In this document: positions 8,349 to 17,394 of the stretch, in pieces
Position numbering within the stretch: position 1 is the first letter of the stretch
How the letters are laid out: the number at the start of each line of letters is the position of its first letter
Position numbers and translations under genes: made by a program
The notes under the pieces: model-generated
What the model saw: the letters and a program-made list of their open reading frames with translations, nothing else
Databases searched by the model: none
What the model was told of the DNA's origin: nothing
DNA from: Candidatus Nanopelagicales bacterium
Lineage (GTDB): Bacteria > Actinomycetota > Actinomycetes > S36-B12
DNA length: 28,451 bases
Direction: 5' to 3'
Assembly: GCA_044341115.1 (NCBI GenBank)
Contig: JBIISH010000001.1
Location: 1-28,451, forward strand

Positions 8349-8359
8349 GTTCTCACCCC

Positions 8360-9334
8360 ATGGGAAAGAAGAGCAAGCGTCCAGTAGCCACCGAAGCAGC
8401 CCTGACCACCGGTGATGTTGCCGTGGTCAGCATGCGCGAGCCCTGCCCCTGCGGTTCGGGCCGGCGCTACAAGGCCTGCCACGGCAAAGAGGCATCTCGC
8501 CCCACGGCTCTCACCTCCCGCCCCTTCGAAGGGTTTGCCTCCGAATGCGACATCGTCGCGATGCGCGAGCTCGTTCCCTCTGCCACCACCTCACTCACGA
8601 TTTCTGCGAACGGCATCGCCGCCCAGCACGCCGGCCGCACGGTGACTCTGGCCACCGTCCTGCCATTGGCCTACCCGGCGCTCGTGCGCACCGACGGCAG
8701 CGTGCTGCTCGGCCTGCAGGTCAACGTGGGTTCGGCTGATGCATCGCGCGATGTTGCCGGCGCGCTGCTCGCAGCCCTCGAGGCCGAGCCCGGCCAACCG
8801 GTATCCATCGGCCGGATGGGCGCCGACTCCCCGCGACTGCAAGACGTTGTTGATACGGAAGATGCGCTCACCATCTCAGTGTTTGATGACTTTGCTTTTT
8901 GGATTGAAGATTCCGAAGCCGAACTAGCACCCGATGTGAAGGCATCTCTGGATCGCGCAAAGGATTACGCGCACCCCACGTCAAAGTTGTCTTCTGTCCA
9001 GGCTGCTTACTGGACCCAGATGGGGGAGAAAGAGCACCTGCGGTGGATCATGCCGTTCGAAGAGGACGCACTCGTTACCGCGCTCGCTCGTTTGCATGCG
9101 GCCTCGGCCTCAAGCCTTGGCACAGACACTCGCCTAGTCGGAATGTTCCGCGCGCAAGGTCTCGTTGTTCCAGTGTGGGATTTACCGCTCGGCTTTGGTG
9201 CTGCTGCGCTCGAAGAACCGGCTGCGGCTTTTGGTGAGCGGTTGGCTGAAGCATTGGCCGTGACCACCCCCATGACCGATGCAGAACGCCGAGCTCGCGC
9301 AGGATTGACGAACCGTCAGGTCACGCTGCGGTAG
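8360..9334 (+). CDS. SEC-C motif/DUF5926-like protein
   Basis: MGKKSKR start and the SEC-C zinc motif EPCPCGSGRRYKACHG. RPFEG..SECD..AMRELVPSAT is typical of this actinobacterial family. Confidence 0.8.
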   Translation: MGKKSKRPVATEAALTTGDVAVVSMREPCPCGSGRRYKACHGKEASRPTALTSRPFEGFASECDIVAMRELVPSATTSLTISANGIAAQHAGRTVTLATVLPLAYPALVRTDGSVLLGLQVNVGSADASRDVAGALLAALEAEPGQPVSIGRMGADSPRLQDVVDTEDALTISVFDDFAFWIEDSEAELAPDVKASLDRAKDYAHPTSKLSSVQAAYWTQMGEKEHLRWIMPFEEDALVTALARLHAASASSLGTDTRLVGMFRAQGLVVPVWDLPLGFGAAALEEPAAAFGERLAEALAVTTPMTDAERRARAGLTNRQVTLR

Positions 9335-9344
9335 TTGGTTTTAC

Positions 9345-9980
9345 TCACGCCTGCACAAACTCCAGCACCGTCCACACGGCTAACCCGGTCAACACCACGG
9401 CGGAAATCAACCTGATCCGCCAGATCGGAACCCGTGTTTCCAACCACTTGCCGAGCAGTACTGCGACTGCAGCGACAGTGATCAGTGCAAGCCAAGTGCC
9501 AACAAACACACTGACTGGCTCACCGGTGCGTGCAGCCATACCGGCGGTGAGAATCTGTGAGAGGTCGCCCCACTCAGCGGCGAAGAGAATGAGAAAGCTC
9601 GTAGCAAAAACTTTGGCGAACGTTGCCTGGCGAGGAGCCTCCACCAGAGTCGCGTTGCTCTGAACCTCTTCCTCTTCTTCCTTCTCCTTGGCTAAGAATG
9701 ACGCCCTACTTTGCAGACCACCCTTGGTCATGATGAACGCACCGATCGCGAAAAGGATGAACGTGATGCCGAGCACCAAGCGCTCGGGAGCCAGGGAGAT
9801 TAGCCCGCCTGCAGTTACGGCAATCGTGGTTTGCACGGCAAAGGCTGCCGCAACACCAAGCCACACCTGCCATCTGGAAAAGCGTGTGGCCAGAACCAGA
9901 GTTGCGATGAAAGTTTTATCGGGCAGTTCGGCCGGCAAAATAAGTGCGAAAACTGTGGCGCTGAGGCCAGGATCGATCAT
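9345..9980 (-). CDS. TMEM165/GDT1 (UPF0016) family Mn2+/Ca2+ transporter
   Basis: Two repeated motifs AELPDKT and AEWGDLSQ (E-x-G-D-K/R-S/T consensus), hydrophobic helices and an acidic central loop (KEKEEEEE). Confidence 0.9.
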   Translation of the reverse strand: MIDPGLSATVFALILPAELPDKTFIATLVLATRFSRWQVWLGVAAAFAVQTTIAVTAGGLISLAPERLVLGITFILFAIGAFIMTKGGLQSRASFLAKEKEEEEEVQSNATLVEAPRQATFAKVFATSFLILFAAEWGDLSQILTAGMAARTGEPVSVFVGTWLALITVAAVAVLLGKWLETRVPIWRIRLISAVVLTGLAVWTVLEFVQA

Positions 9981-11269
9981 GCGTCGTCGTTCTTCAAAAA
10001 GTCTGTTGCGAGAGTGGGCCAAGTAACCGGGAAGACATGCGTGCGTGGGCCGCCCCACGGACTCGGAATTACCTCGAGCCTGCGGGCGAGGTTGTACGCG
10101 GTGAATTCATAGCGCGCTCGGGCCGTTGCGAACTGCTCCCAGGCTTCATCAAGATCATTTTCGATCGGGTATCCAGATTTCCTCAGCACCTCAACCCCAT
10201 GATCAAATTCATCCCGGGTCAAAGAAATCGGCGCAGCCTCACCGGTGCGAAGGCTATCCACGGCCTCCGTTGGTAGACCGGTAACGGCATCAATCGCTGC
10301 CGCCATCTCCACTGCTATTTCACCCGGTTCGATTCCTGGCGCTTTCGTGGTGTGGCCATCGGTGACGCGAGTGTGGGGAAAGAGCCGGCCAACAAAAGGA
10401 ATTCGGCGACGGAATTGGGTGCGTCGCTGCGTCATAACGAAGATGACCTCAAGTGCCTGGGACCCGTGCAGCAGAATCGAGACTGCGTTATGGCGCGGCA
10501 GAGTTTTGGTCAGAGCGAGTTGAAGAGAAGCTGCATCGAGAACCGCGAGCAGGGAGATAACCCAACTGCGATTGGGATTTCCTGATCGCATCAATAGCAA
10601 TACCGGATATGTGACATGGGTGAGACGCACATGTGTTGCCCACGAGCGCCACTCAAAGAATGTCCGTTCCAATGAATCGGGTTGCTTTGTGAGGTAGATC
10701 CGCGAAATCAATTCTGGGCCCCATGCCGGATCTCCACCAGCGATGCCAAGCATCGCTACGTCTTTCTCACGCTGAATATAGGACGAGTAGATCGTTGGCA
10801 GAAAACCAATGAGTAAAGCGATCACGATCGGCCCGGTCGCTGCGGCGAAGAAGTCGATCATTGTGATCTCGGAACCTGGGCTCTGGGCAAAGCCGAGAGT
10901 GAACAGGCTGGACCCGGATTGGCGCAAAGCCGCTCCTAAATCGCCACCGCCGCCGATGCCGTAGATCCACAGGCCATATGAAACAAAGAAGAGCAGGAGC
11001 CACACAATGAGCTGAACAACAATGACGAGCGGGCCCATCCAGGCAAGAACCGAATCACTGCCCATGAAGGTGCTTCGAGTGCGAGCAATAGCGCGAAGCG
11101 GTGCGATCACACTGAAGGTGACGAGATCGTTCACGCTGGATTCGAGGTTGCGAGGCATCACCACGGTGCGCAGCAGGCTGGTGGTGGTGAGAATGAAAAG
11201 GAACAACCCCAGCAACAGAGCAAGGCTTCGCGGCACAAGATCGATATCGAGGCTGCCGAAGTCCACCAT
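9977..11269 (-). CDS. Membrane protein with an ion-channel-like pore segment and a large cytoplasmic C-terminal domain
   Basis: TM helices flank ALRQSGSSLFTLGFAQ, a pore-helix plus TLGF variant of the TxGYG filter. Its stop overlaps the GDT1 start (ATGA). GGGAG SD upstream of ATG 11269. Confidence 0.65.
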   Translation of the reverse strand: MVDFGSLDIDLVPRSLALLLGLFLFILTTTSLLRTVVMPRNLESSVNDLVTFSVIAPLRAIARTRSTFMGSDSVLAWMGPLVIVVQLIVWLLLFFVSYGLWIYGIGGGGDLGAALRQSGSSLFTLGFAQSPGSEITMIDFFAAATGPIVIALLIGFLPTIYSSYIQREKDVAMLGIAGGDPAWGPELISRIYLTKQPDSLERTFFEWRSWATHVRLTHVTYPVLLLMRSGNPNRSWVISLLAVLDAASLQLALTKTLPRHNAVSILLHGSQALEVIFVMTQRRTQFRRRIPFVGRLFPHTRVTDGHTTKAPGIEPGEIAVEMAAAIDAVTGLPTEAVDSLRTGEAAPISLTRDEFDHGVEVLRKSGYPIENDLDEAWEQFATARARYEFTAYNLARRLEVIPSPWGGPRTHVFPVTWPTLATDFLKNDDA

Positions 11270-11332
11270 GAGCAAATGCTCCCATGCGATGGGCGAGGGG
11301 CTGCCCGGCCCATGGTGACTAGGCTTCCGAGG

Positions 11333-11824
11333 GTGAACTTGGATGCCCAATCAGCCGTGATCGTGGCCCTCGTTGGCCTCGCGGTGGGCGTCGTTGGGGT
11401 GGTTCTGGCAGCCGTTGCCCTAGCCAAACTCGCCCGGATGCAACGTTCCTACGCGCTGCTTGAGGTTGCTGAAGGCCGAGAAAACTACATCGACGCTGTT
11501 GCGCGCACGCGCGAGGACATGGCCGATCTCTCCGACGCTTTCGCCCGGCTCGATATGGACCAGAGGCAGACCCGCGCGGATCTCACCCTGGCTCTCCGGC
11601 ACGTTTCGGTGCTTCGCTACGACGCTTTTGGGGATATGGGTGGCCGTTATTCCTTCTCGGCTGCCGTGCTCGATGACAATGGCGACGGACTCGTGATCAC
11701 GAGCATCCACGGACGCGCCGAAACCCGCACATATCTGAAAGGCTTGAGCGCTGGGGTGAGCGATATCGATCTCTCACCAGAGGAGCAACAGGCGGTCAAG
11801 ACCGCGCGAGGAGGGGAGTCCTGA
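11333..11824 (+). CDS. DUF4446-family membrane-anchored protein
   Basis: N-terminal TM helix and coiled segment, then VLRYDAFGDMGGRYSFSAAVLDDNGDGLVITSIHGRAETRTYLK. TAGGCT lies 7 nt before GTG 11333. Confidence 0.8.
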   Translation: MNLDAQSAVIVALVGLAVGVVGVVLAAVALAKLARMQRSYALLEVAEGRENYIDAVARTREDMADLSDAFARLDMDQRQTRADLTLALRHVSVLRYDAFGDMGGRYSFSAAVLDDNGDGLVITSIHGRAETRTYLKGLSAGVSDIDLSPEEQQAVKTARGGES

Positions 11825-12783
11825 TGGGTGCACGCAGCATCGCCTACCTCGGCCCGCGCGGTTCCTTCGCCGAAGCTGCTCTTCGCACGCTTCCTGAGAT
11901 TGCTTCACTTGCCGCCGACGATCCTTCCTTGGTGCCTGCCGTCTCCGTGCAGGCAGCACTCGATGCTGTGCGCGGGGAGTCGGTTCAGGCTGCACTCGTG
12001 CCGATCGAGAACTCTGTTGAAGGATCTGTTTCGGTCACCCTCGATGAACTTGCCAGCGGCAAACGCTTGGTGATCACCGATGAGGTTGTGTTGCCGGTGC
12101 AGTTCGCGCTGATGGCCCGCCCGGGAGTTGAACTCTTCGCGATCACCAAGGTCGCCACCCATCCGCACGCCCAAGCGCAGGTGCGCGCTTGGACCGATGC
12201 CAACCTGCCAGGGGTTGCACTCATCCCTTCAATGTCAACCGCAGCTGCCGCTGCAGCACTCGCTGATGGCACCGCCAACTTCGATGCGGCTATCGCGCAA
12301 CGCATCGCCGCAGACATCTATGGGCTCAACGTGCTCGCTGACGAGATCGCCGACACCTCCGATGCCACCACCCGCTTTGTTGTGGTGGAACTGCCCGGGC
12401 GCATTCCAGCACCCACCGGTGCGGATAAAACCACGCTCTCCCTGTTTATTCACCAGGATCAGCCCGGTGCACTGCTCGCGATCCTCAACGAGTTCGCGGT
12501 GCGCGGGGTAAACATGACCCGCATCGAATCGCGGCCCACCCGCAAAGCCCTCGGTGACTACTACTTCAGTGTTGACGTAGAAGGACACGTTGCCGATGCA
12601 CGCGTGTCCGAGGCGTTGATGGGCCTGCATCGCGTGTGCCTCGACGTGCGCTACCTCGGTTCCTACGCACGCCACGATGGCAAGGAGCCGGTGCTGCGTG
12701 CTGGGGTCACTGACGCTGACTTCGCCGAGGCGCAAGAGTGGATCGATCGACTTAAGGGCGATACCGCAAAGGAGAACGGCTAA
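11824..12783 (+). CDS. pheA: Prephenate dehydratase
   Basis: IAYLGPRGSFAE, VPIENSVEGSV and THPHAQAQ motifs, TTRFVVV, and ACT domain NMTRIESRP...YYFSVDVEGH. Confidence 0.96.
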   Translation: MGARSIAYLGPRGSFAEAALRTLPEIASLAADDPSLVPAVSVQAALDAVRGESVQAALVPIENSVEGSVSVTLDELASGKRLVITDEVVLPVQFALMARPGVELFAITKVATHPHAQAQVRAWTDANLPGVALIPSMSTAAAAAALADGTANFDAAIAQRIAADIYGLNVLADEIADTSDATTRFVVVELPGRIPAPTGADKTTLSLFIHQDQPGALLAILNEFAVRGVNMTRIESRPTRKALGDYYFSVDVEGHVADARVSEALMGLHRVCLDVRYLGSYARHDGKEPVLRAGVTDADFAEAQEWIDRLKGDTAKENG

Positions 12784-13764
12784 ATGCGTTTTTTCATTAC
12801 CGGTGCTGCCGGGTTCATCGGATCCCATTTTGTCCGTGAGCTCCTGGCGGGCACCTACGGCCAGCCCGTGACGGGTGTGACCGTCTACGACAAGCTCACC
12901 TACGCGGGCAACCTCGACAACCTCGCCTCTGTCTCCGATGATCCACGGTTCACTTTTGTGCAAGGCGACATCTGTGACGGCGACCTGCTCGATCAGGTGC
13001 TGCCAGGCCACGATGTGGTGGTCAACTTTGCAGCGGAGACACACGTGGACCGCTCGATCCACGGCCCGCAGGATTTCATCATCACCAACGTTGTGGGCAC
13101 CCAAACAATTCTCGACGCCTGCCTTCGCCACGGAATACCGCGCACGGTTCACATCGGCACCGACGAGGTCTACGGATCGATCGATGAAGGTTCGTGGAAC
13201 GAGTCCGAGCCGCTGCTGCCGAACTCTCCCTACTCAGCAGCCAAAGCAGCAGCAGAGATGTTGGTGCGCGCCTATAACGTCACCTACGGCTTGAACGTTT
13301 CCTCAACCCGCTGCTCGAACAACTACGGCCCGTTCCAATTCCCGGAGAAGGTCATCCCGCTTTTTGTGACAAACCTGATCGACGGGAACAAGGTGCCTTT
13401 GTATGGCGATGGCCTGAATGTGCGCGACTGGCTGCACGTCGATGATCACTGCCGCGGCATCGCGATCGTGATTGAGAAGGGCGAACCGGGTCAGAGCTAC
13501 AACATCGGCGGTGGCCTCGAACTGAACAACAAAGAGCTGACCGAGCGGGTTCTTGAAGCCATGGACGTTGACTGGTCGATGGTGCAGCCGGTCGAGGATC
13601 GCAAGGGTCACGATCGCCGCTACTCGGTGGATGATTCCCGGATCAGGGCACTGGGTTACTCACCCCAACATACGTTCACTGATGGTCTGGCAGAGACTGT
13701 TGCCTGGTACCGGGATAACGAGGACTGGTGGCGTCCGCTGAAGTCTAAAGCTGCGATCAAGTAG
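12784..13764 (+). CDS. rmlB: dTDP-glucose 4,6-dehydratase
   Basis: ITGAAGFIGSHF, DKLTYAGN, NFAAETHVDRSI, TDEVYG, PNSPYSAAKA, TRCSNNYGP.QFPEKVIP and DRKGHDRRY motifs. Confidence 0.97.
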   Translation: MRFFITGAAGFIGSHFVRELLAGTYGQPVTGVTVYDKLTYAGNLDNLASVSDDPRFTFVQGDICDGDLLDQVLPGHDVVVNFAAETHVDRSIHGPQDFIITNVVGTQTILDACLRHGIPRTVHIGTDEVYGSIDEGSWNESEPLLPNSPYSAAKAAAEMLVRAYNVTYGLNVSSTRCSNNYGPFQFPEKVIPLFVTNLIDGNKVPLYGDGLNVRDWLHVDDHCRGIAIVIEKGEPGQSYNIGGGLELNNKELTERVLEAMDVDWSMVQPVEDRKGHDRRYSVDDSRIRALGYSPQHTFTDGLAETVAWYRDNEDWWRPLKSKAAIK

Positions 13765-13782
13765 TCGGGGCCCCTTACTTTC

Positions 13783-14643
13783 ATGCGCGTACTCATCACC
13801 GGCAGCAACGGTCAGCTTGGTTCTGAACTCGTTGCCCGTTACACCGCCCGCGGCGACGACGTTTTTGGGTTTGATCTACCAGAGATCGACATCACCGATC
13901 CGGCATCTGTTGCTGCCGCATTCGAGGTGGCTGCACCTGAGGTGGTGATCAACTGCGCAGCGTGGACGGCTGTTGATGCAGCGGAAGAAAACGAAGAAGG
14001 CGCACACCTGGTGAATGGTGTGGGTGCTGAAGTTTTGGCCCGTGCGTGCGCCGCGAGCGATGCATGGATGGTGCAAATCTCCACCGACTACGTGTTCTCC
14101 GGAGATGCGACCCTTCCCTACCGCGAGGAATCAGCACCAAACCCACGATCTGCCTACGGCCGCACCAAGCTCGAGGGTGAGATCGCGATGCGCGATGAGC
14201 TCAAGGGCCGCTACTACATCGTGCGCACCGCGTGGCTATACGGAATGAACGGCTCGAACTTTGTGAAGACGATGATGCGGCTGGAGAAAGAACACGAAAC
14301 TGTGCGCGTGGTTGATGACCAGTTTGGCCAGCCAACTTTCGCAGCTGATCTTGCGATGCAGATCATGCTGCTCATCGACGCGCACCCGCCGTCCGGCATC
14401 TTTCACGCAACTAACTCTGGTTCGGTTTCCTGGCACGGTTTCACCCAAGAGATTTTCCGGCTCATCGGTGCTGACCCTGATCGGGTGATCGCTGTTACCT
14501 CGGAGGAGTTCATCCGGCCGGCGCCGCGGCCCGCGTATTCAGTGCTCTCGCACGGTGCGTGGGAGAAAGCTGGGCTTGCGCCTATGCGCGATTGGCGTGA
14601 GGCGATTGCTGATGCGGTGGCGCAGGGCATCTCACCTGAGTGA
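13783..14643 (+). CDS. rmlD: dTDP-4-dehydrorhamnose reductase
   Basis: ITGSNGQLG, NCAAWTAVDAAE, ISTDYVFSG, YGRTKLEGE, VVDDQFGQPT and RPAPRPAYSVL motifs. Confidence 0.96.
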   Translation: MRVLITGSNGQLGSELVARYTARGDDVFGFDLPEIDITDPASVAAAFEVAAPEVVINCAAWTAVDAAEENEEGAHLVNGVGAEVLARACAASDAWMVQISTDYVFSGDATLPYREESAPNPRSAYGRTKLEGEIAMRDELKGRYYIVRTAWLYGMNGSNFVKTMMRLEKEHETVRVVDDQFGQPTFAADLAMQIMLLIDAHPPSGIFHATNSGSVSWHGFTQEIFRLIGADPDRVIAVTSEEFIRPAPRPAYSVLSHGAWEKAGLAPMRDWREAIADAVAQGISPE

Positions 14644-14666
14644 TCAGGATTTTCTGGTGAGTTGAT

Positions 14667-14825
14667 TCACTCCTGCCACGGAAACTCCTCAAGCCCATCT
14701 GCCAGCGTGCCGTCAAAAAGTGCAACCTCTGCAAGGTACTCACGCATAACTTCAGGTGAAGCCTCTCGCATCTGGCGTTTGGCTATCTCCATCTGTTCGC
14801 GAAACGAACTCTCTTCTGAGGTCAC
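14667..14825 (-). CDS. 52-aa acidic protein resembling the C-terminal half of MazE-type/RHH antitoxins
   Basis: (M)TSEESSFREQMEIAKRQMREASPEVMREYLAEVALFDGTLADGLEEFPWQE. The GTG start overlaps the upstream mini-ORF stop (GTGA). The tail D.TLADGL resembles antitoxin tails such as M. tuberculosis MazE7 (EWEGTVGDGL, from memory). Confidence 0.6.
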   Translation of the reverse strand: MTSEESSFREQMEIAKRQMREASPEVMREYLAEVALFDGTLADGLEEFPWQE

Positions 14826-14947
14826 AGATCCACATCCAGAACCTGAGAAATGTCGTCTCGAAGAGCATCGCCGTCGATTGCGGGGACATTCCGCCACCGC
14901 TCAAGAAGGGCCGTGCTCGTCATGCGGGGTTGGGAAAGTTCATCCAT
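14822..14947 (-). CDS. 41-aa acidic protein resembling the C-terminal half of actinobacterial Phd/VapB antitoxins (not in the ORF track)
   Basis: MDELSQPRMTSTALLERWRNVPAIDGDALRDDISQVLDVDL, translated by hand. -10 TAGATT (14959-14954) + 6 nt + ATG. The TAG of that hexamer is an in-frame stop, so there is no N-terminal extension. Confidence 0.62.
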   Translation of the reverse strand: MDELSQPRMTSTALLERWRNVPAIDGDALRDDISQVLDVDL

Positions 14948-14986
14948 AGGGCCAATCTACAAGGATGTTGCACCCGTGGATAGGGA

Positions 14987-15823
14987 TCAGATTGCGATGG
15001 CATCCAGAACGTCGGCCACTCCCTCACCAGGGATTCCCTGCGTGGTGAGGTTCGCGAAAGCTTTCACGCCATCAGGCGCGGAATCCATCGCAACGCCAAG
15101 ACCGGCCCAGTTGAGCATGTCTGTGTCGTTCCACGAATCACCAATGGCGATCACGCGCGCGGGATCAACATCGCGCCTGGCGCACAGCTCGGTCAGCATC
15201 GTCGATTTGTTCACACCCTTGGGGCCGATGTCCATCCAGGCGACCTCGGCGATCCCGAAGATGACGGAGTGGAAGCCGAGGTGGTCGGCAACTTCCCGGA
15301 AGCCGCGCTCGGCGTGATCGTGGCTGCGCACAACCAGGCGCACGCACGGATCGTTAGTCATTTCAGAGAGTTCCGCCTCGCGAATGGAAAGACCCAGTGC
15401 ACCGGTATCAAAAAGATGCGTGGTGGTGAACTCACCGTGGATGTCTTCCACGGCAAAGATCGCGTCGGGAATCATCTCGAGCAGTGGCGCGATCAACGGA
15501 CTGGGATCGAAGGTGACCGCTTCGATAATTTTGACGGTTTCCACGCTGGCCAGAATCGCGCCGTTGCTACACACCACCAGATCGTCGATACCAGCAGAGC
15601 GCGCAACCGGATAGGTGGTGCTGAAGGAACGCCCAGTTGCGAGGGCAACTTTGATACCGGCTTCTTGCACGCGCTCGATCGAGCGCATCACGCGCTCATC
15701 GACGGTGCCCATGTGATGGGTGAGGGTGTCGTCGATATCGAGGGCGATGAGTTGCGGCGTCCAGTCGATCGGCAGCGTGCCGTTGTGTTTGGGGCCGTGA
15801 AGTGCGTGCGGGAGTTCGGTCAT
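14987..15823 (-). CDS. Cof-type HAD-IIB hydrolase
   Basis: [32 protein letters not shown] and [21 protein letters not shown] motifs. ATGA overlap with serS. Confidence 0.92.
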   Translation of the reverse strand: MTELPHALHGPKHNGTLPIDWTPQLIALDIDDTLTHHMGTVDERVMRSIERVQEAGIKVALATGRSFSTTYPVARSAGIDDLVVCSNGAILASVETVKIIEAVTFDPSPLIAPLLEMIPDAIFAVEDIHGEFTTTHLFDTGALGLSIREAELSEMTNDPCVRLVVRSHDHAERGFREVADHLGFHSVIFGIAEVAWMDIGPKGVNKSTMLTELCARRDVDPARVIAIGDSWNDTDMLNWAGLGVAMDSAPDGVKAFANLTTQGIPGEGVADVLDAIAI

Positions 15824-17127
15824 GAGAGTTGCGTGCGTCCTTGCATGTAGGGGCGAAGGGCGGCGGGAATCGTGACGCTGCCGTCAGCCTGTTGATGATT
15901 TTCAAGAATTGCGACGATGACCCGAGGCATCGCGCACAACGTGCCATTCAGGGTTGCTAGCGGCTTGGTGGTCTCACCATCGCGCATGCGGATGCGCAAC
16001 CTGCGGGCTTGGAACTCGTTGGTGTTGGAAGTACTTGTCACTTCGCGGTAAGCATCTTGGGTAGGAATCCACGCCTCGATGTCGAACTTGCGTGACGCGC
16101 TCGAGCCCAGATCGCCAGTAGCAACGTCGATCACCCGGTAAGGAAGTTCGAGAGCATCCAGGAACTCCTTCTCCCACGCAACCATGTTTGCGTGCTCGGC
16201 CTCGGCGTTCGCCGGATCGCAGAACACAAACATCTCGACTTTGTCGAACTGGTGAACCCGGATGATCCCGCGGGTGTCTTTGCCGTATGAGCCGGCCTCG
16301 CGGCGGAAGCAACTCGACCAGCCGGCGTATCTCTTCGGTAAATCAGCTGCGTCGATGATTTCATCTGAATGGAAAGCGGCGAGTGGAACTTCGCTGGTGC
16401 CCACCAGGTACAAATCGTCGGACTCAACGCGATACACGTTCTCCGCGGCCTGGCCAAGGAATCCGGTGCCCTCCATCGCGGTGGGCAGCACCAGCGCCGG
16501 CGTGATCATCGGGATGAGACCGTGCTGGCGCGCGTGATCCATCGCAAGGTTCAACAATGCAAACTCAAGTTCAGCGCCCGGCCCGGTCAAGTAGTAAAAA
16601 CGCGAACCGGAAACTTTCGCGCCACGCTCAACATCGATTGCGGAGAGTGCTTCACCGATTTCCAGGTGATCCTTCGGTACGAAACCTTCGGCTGCGAAAT
16701 CGCGTGGCACACCCACATGCTCGATGATCGTGAAGTCGGCTTCACCACCAACAGGTGAATCCAGGTTGACCAGATTCGAAATTTGTAGCCAGAGACCTTC
16801 AGCCTCGGCAGCAGCATCGGCGCTGGCAAGTTCAGCGGCCTTTGTTTCCTCAGCCAGCGTCTGCGCCTTGGCCATCAGCCCATCGAGTTGCGCCTGCAGC
16901 TCTGGCTTGGCAGCGTCGTCGGCCTTCTTGAGTTGGCCCTGCAACGGACCGATGTCCTTGCCGATCAACTTCTGCTGGTTACGTAGTTCGTCAAAGCTCT
17001 GCCGAGCGGTACGCATCCTCTGATCAGCGGCGATCAGGGAATCAACGATGCTCACATCCTCGCCGCGGCGACGTTGGGACTCGCGAATGCGGTCAGGGTC
17101 GGTGCGCAAGATGGCGGGATCAATCAC
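15820..17127 (-). CDS. serS: Serine--tRNA ligase
   Basis: N-terminal coiled coil, [49 protein letters not shown] and EVTSTSN motifs. TAAACT lies 6 nt before GTG 17127 (alternative start 17130). Confidence 0.98.
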   Translation of the reverse strand: MIDPAILRTDPDRIRESQRRRGEDVSIVDSLIAADQRMRTARQSFDELRNQQKLIGKDIGPLQGQLKKADDAAKPELQAQLDGLMAKAQTLAEETKAAELASADAAAEAEGLWLQISNLVNLDSPVGGEADFTIIEHVGVPRDFAAEGFVPKDHLEIGEALSAIDVERGAKVSGSRFYYLTGPGAELEFALLNLAMDHARQHGLIPMITPALVLPTAMEGTGFLGQAAENVYRVESDDLYLVGTSEVPLAAFHSDEIIDAADLPKRYAGWSSCFRREAGSYGKDTRGIIRVHQFDKVEMFVFCDPANAEAEHANMVAWEKEFLDALELPYRVIDVATGDLGSSASRKFDIEAWIPTQDAYREVTSTSNTNEFQARRLRIRMRDGETTKPLATLNGTLCAMPRVIVAILENHQQADGSVTIPAALRPYMQGRTQLS

Positions 17128-17394
17128 CACTGAAGTTTAGTCGCCTCAACATTTAGAGGTAATGGCCGAGATTGCGGTCTCCAGATCTATCTTCATCTAG
17201 GACAACCACAGACTGGACAGCCTCCTTGATCTCGTCGTTTTAATCCTCAGACATAGCCCCAGTATCCCACTGATTCTGCTGGGACTCGAGGAAAAAGGGA
17301 GGGGGCTGTTGCCTAGTGGGGTTCGTGTGGCACACTTTGCGGACTTTGCTCGATTCCCCGGGGCGGAAGTGCCGGGGCGTGAAAGGCGGTTTGA

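Noticed and set aside
12235-13152. 305-aa minus-strand ORF overlapping pheA and rmlB
   Set aside because: Antisense shadow of two well-supported genes; no recognisable motifs. Such shadows are common in high-GC DNA.
14667-14897. ORF-track 76-aa version of the second mini-ORF
   Set aside because: Its N-terminal 24 aa overlap the better-supported 41-aa ORF in another frame and look like off-frame sequence. The GTGA-coupled start at 14825 is preferred.
17131-17394. T-box or SAM riboswitch between serS and the SET gene
   Set aside because: No T-box or SAM-I/SAM-IV consensus blocks found by eye, and serS appears leaderless. Kept only as an unassigned structured leader.
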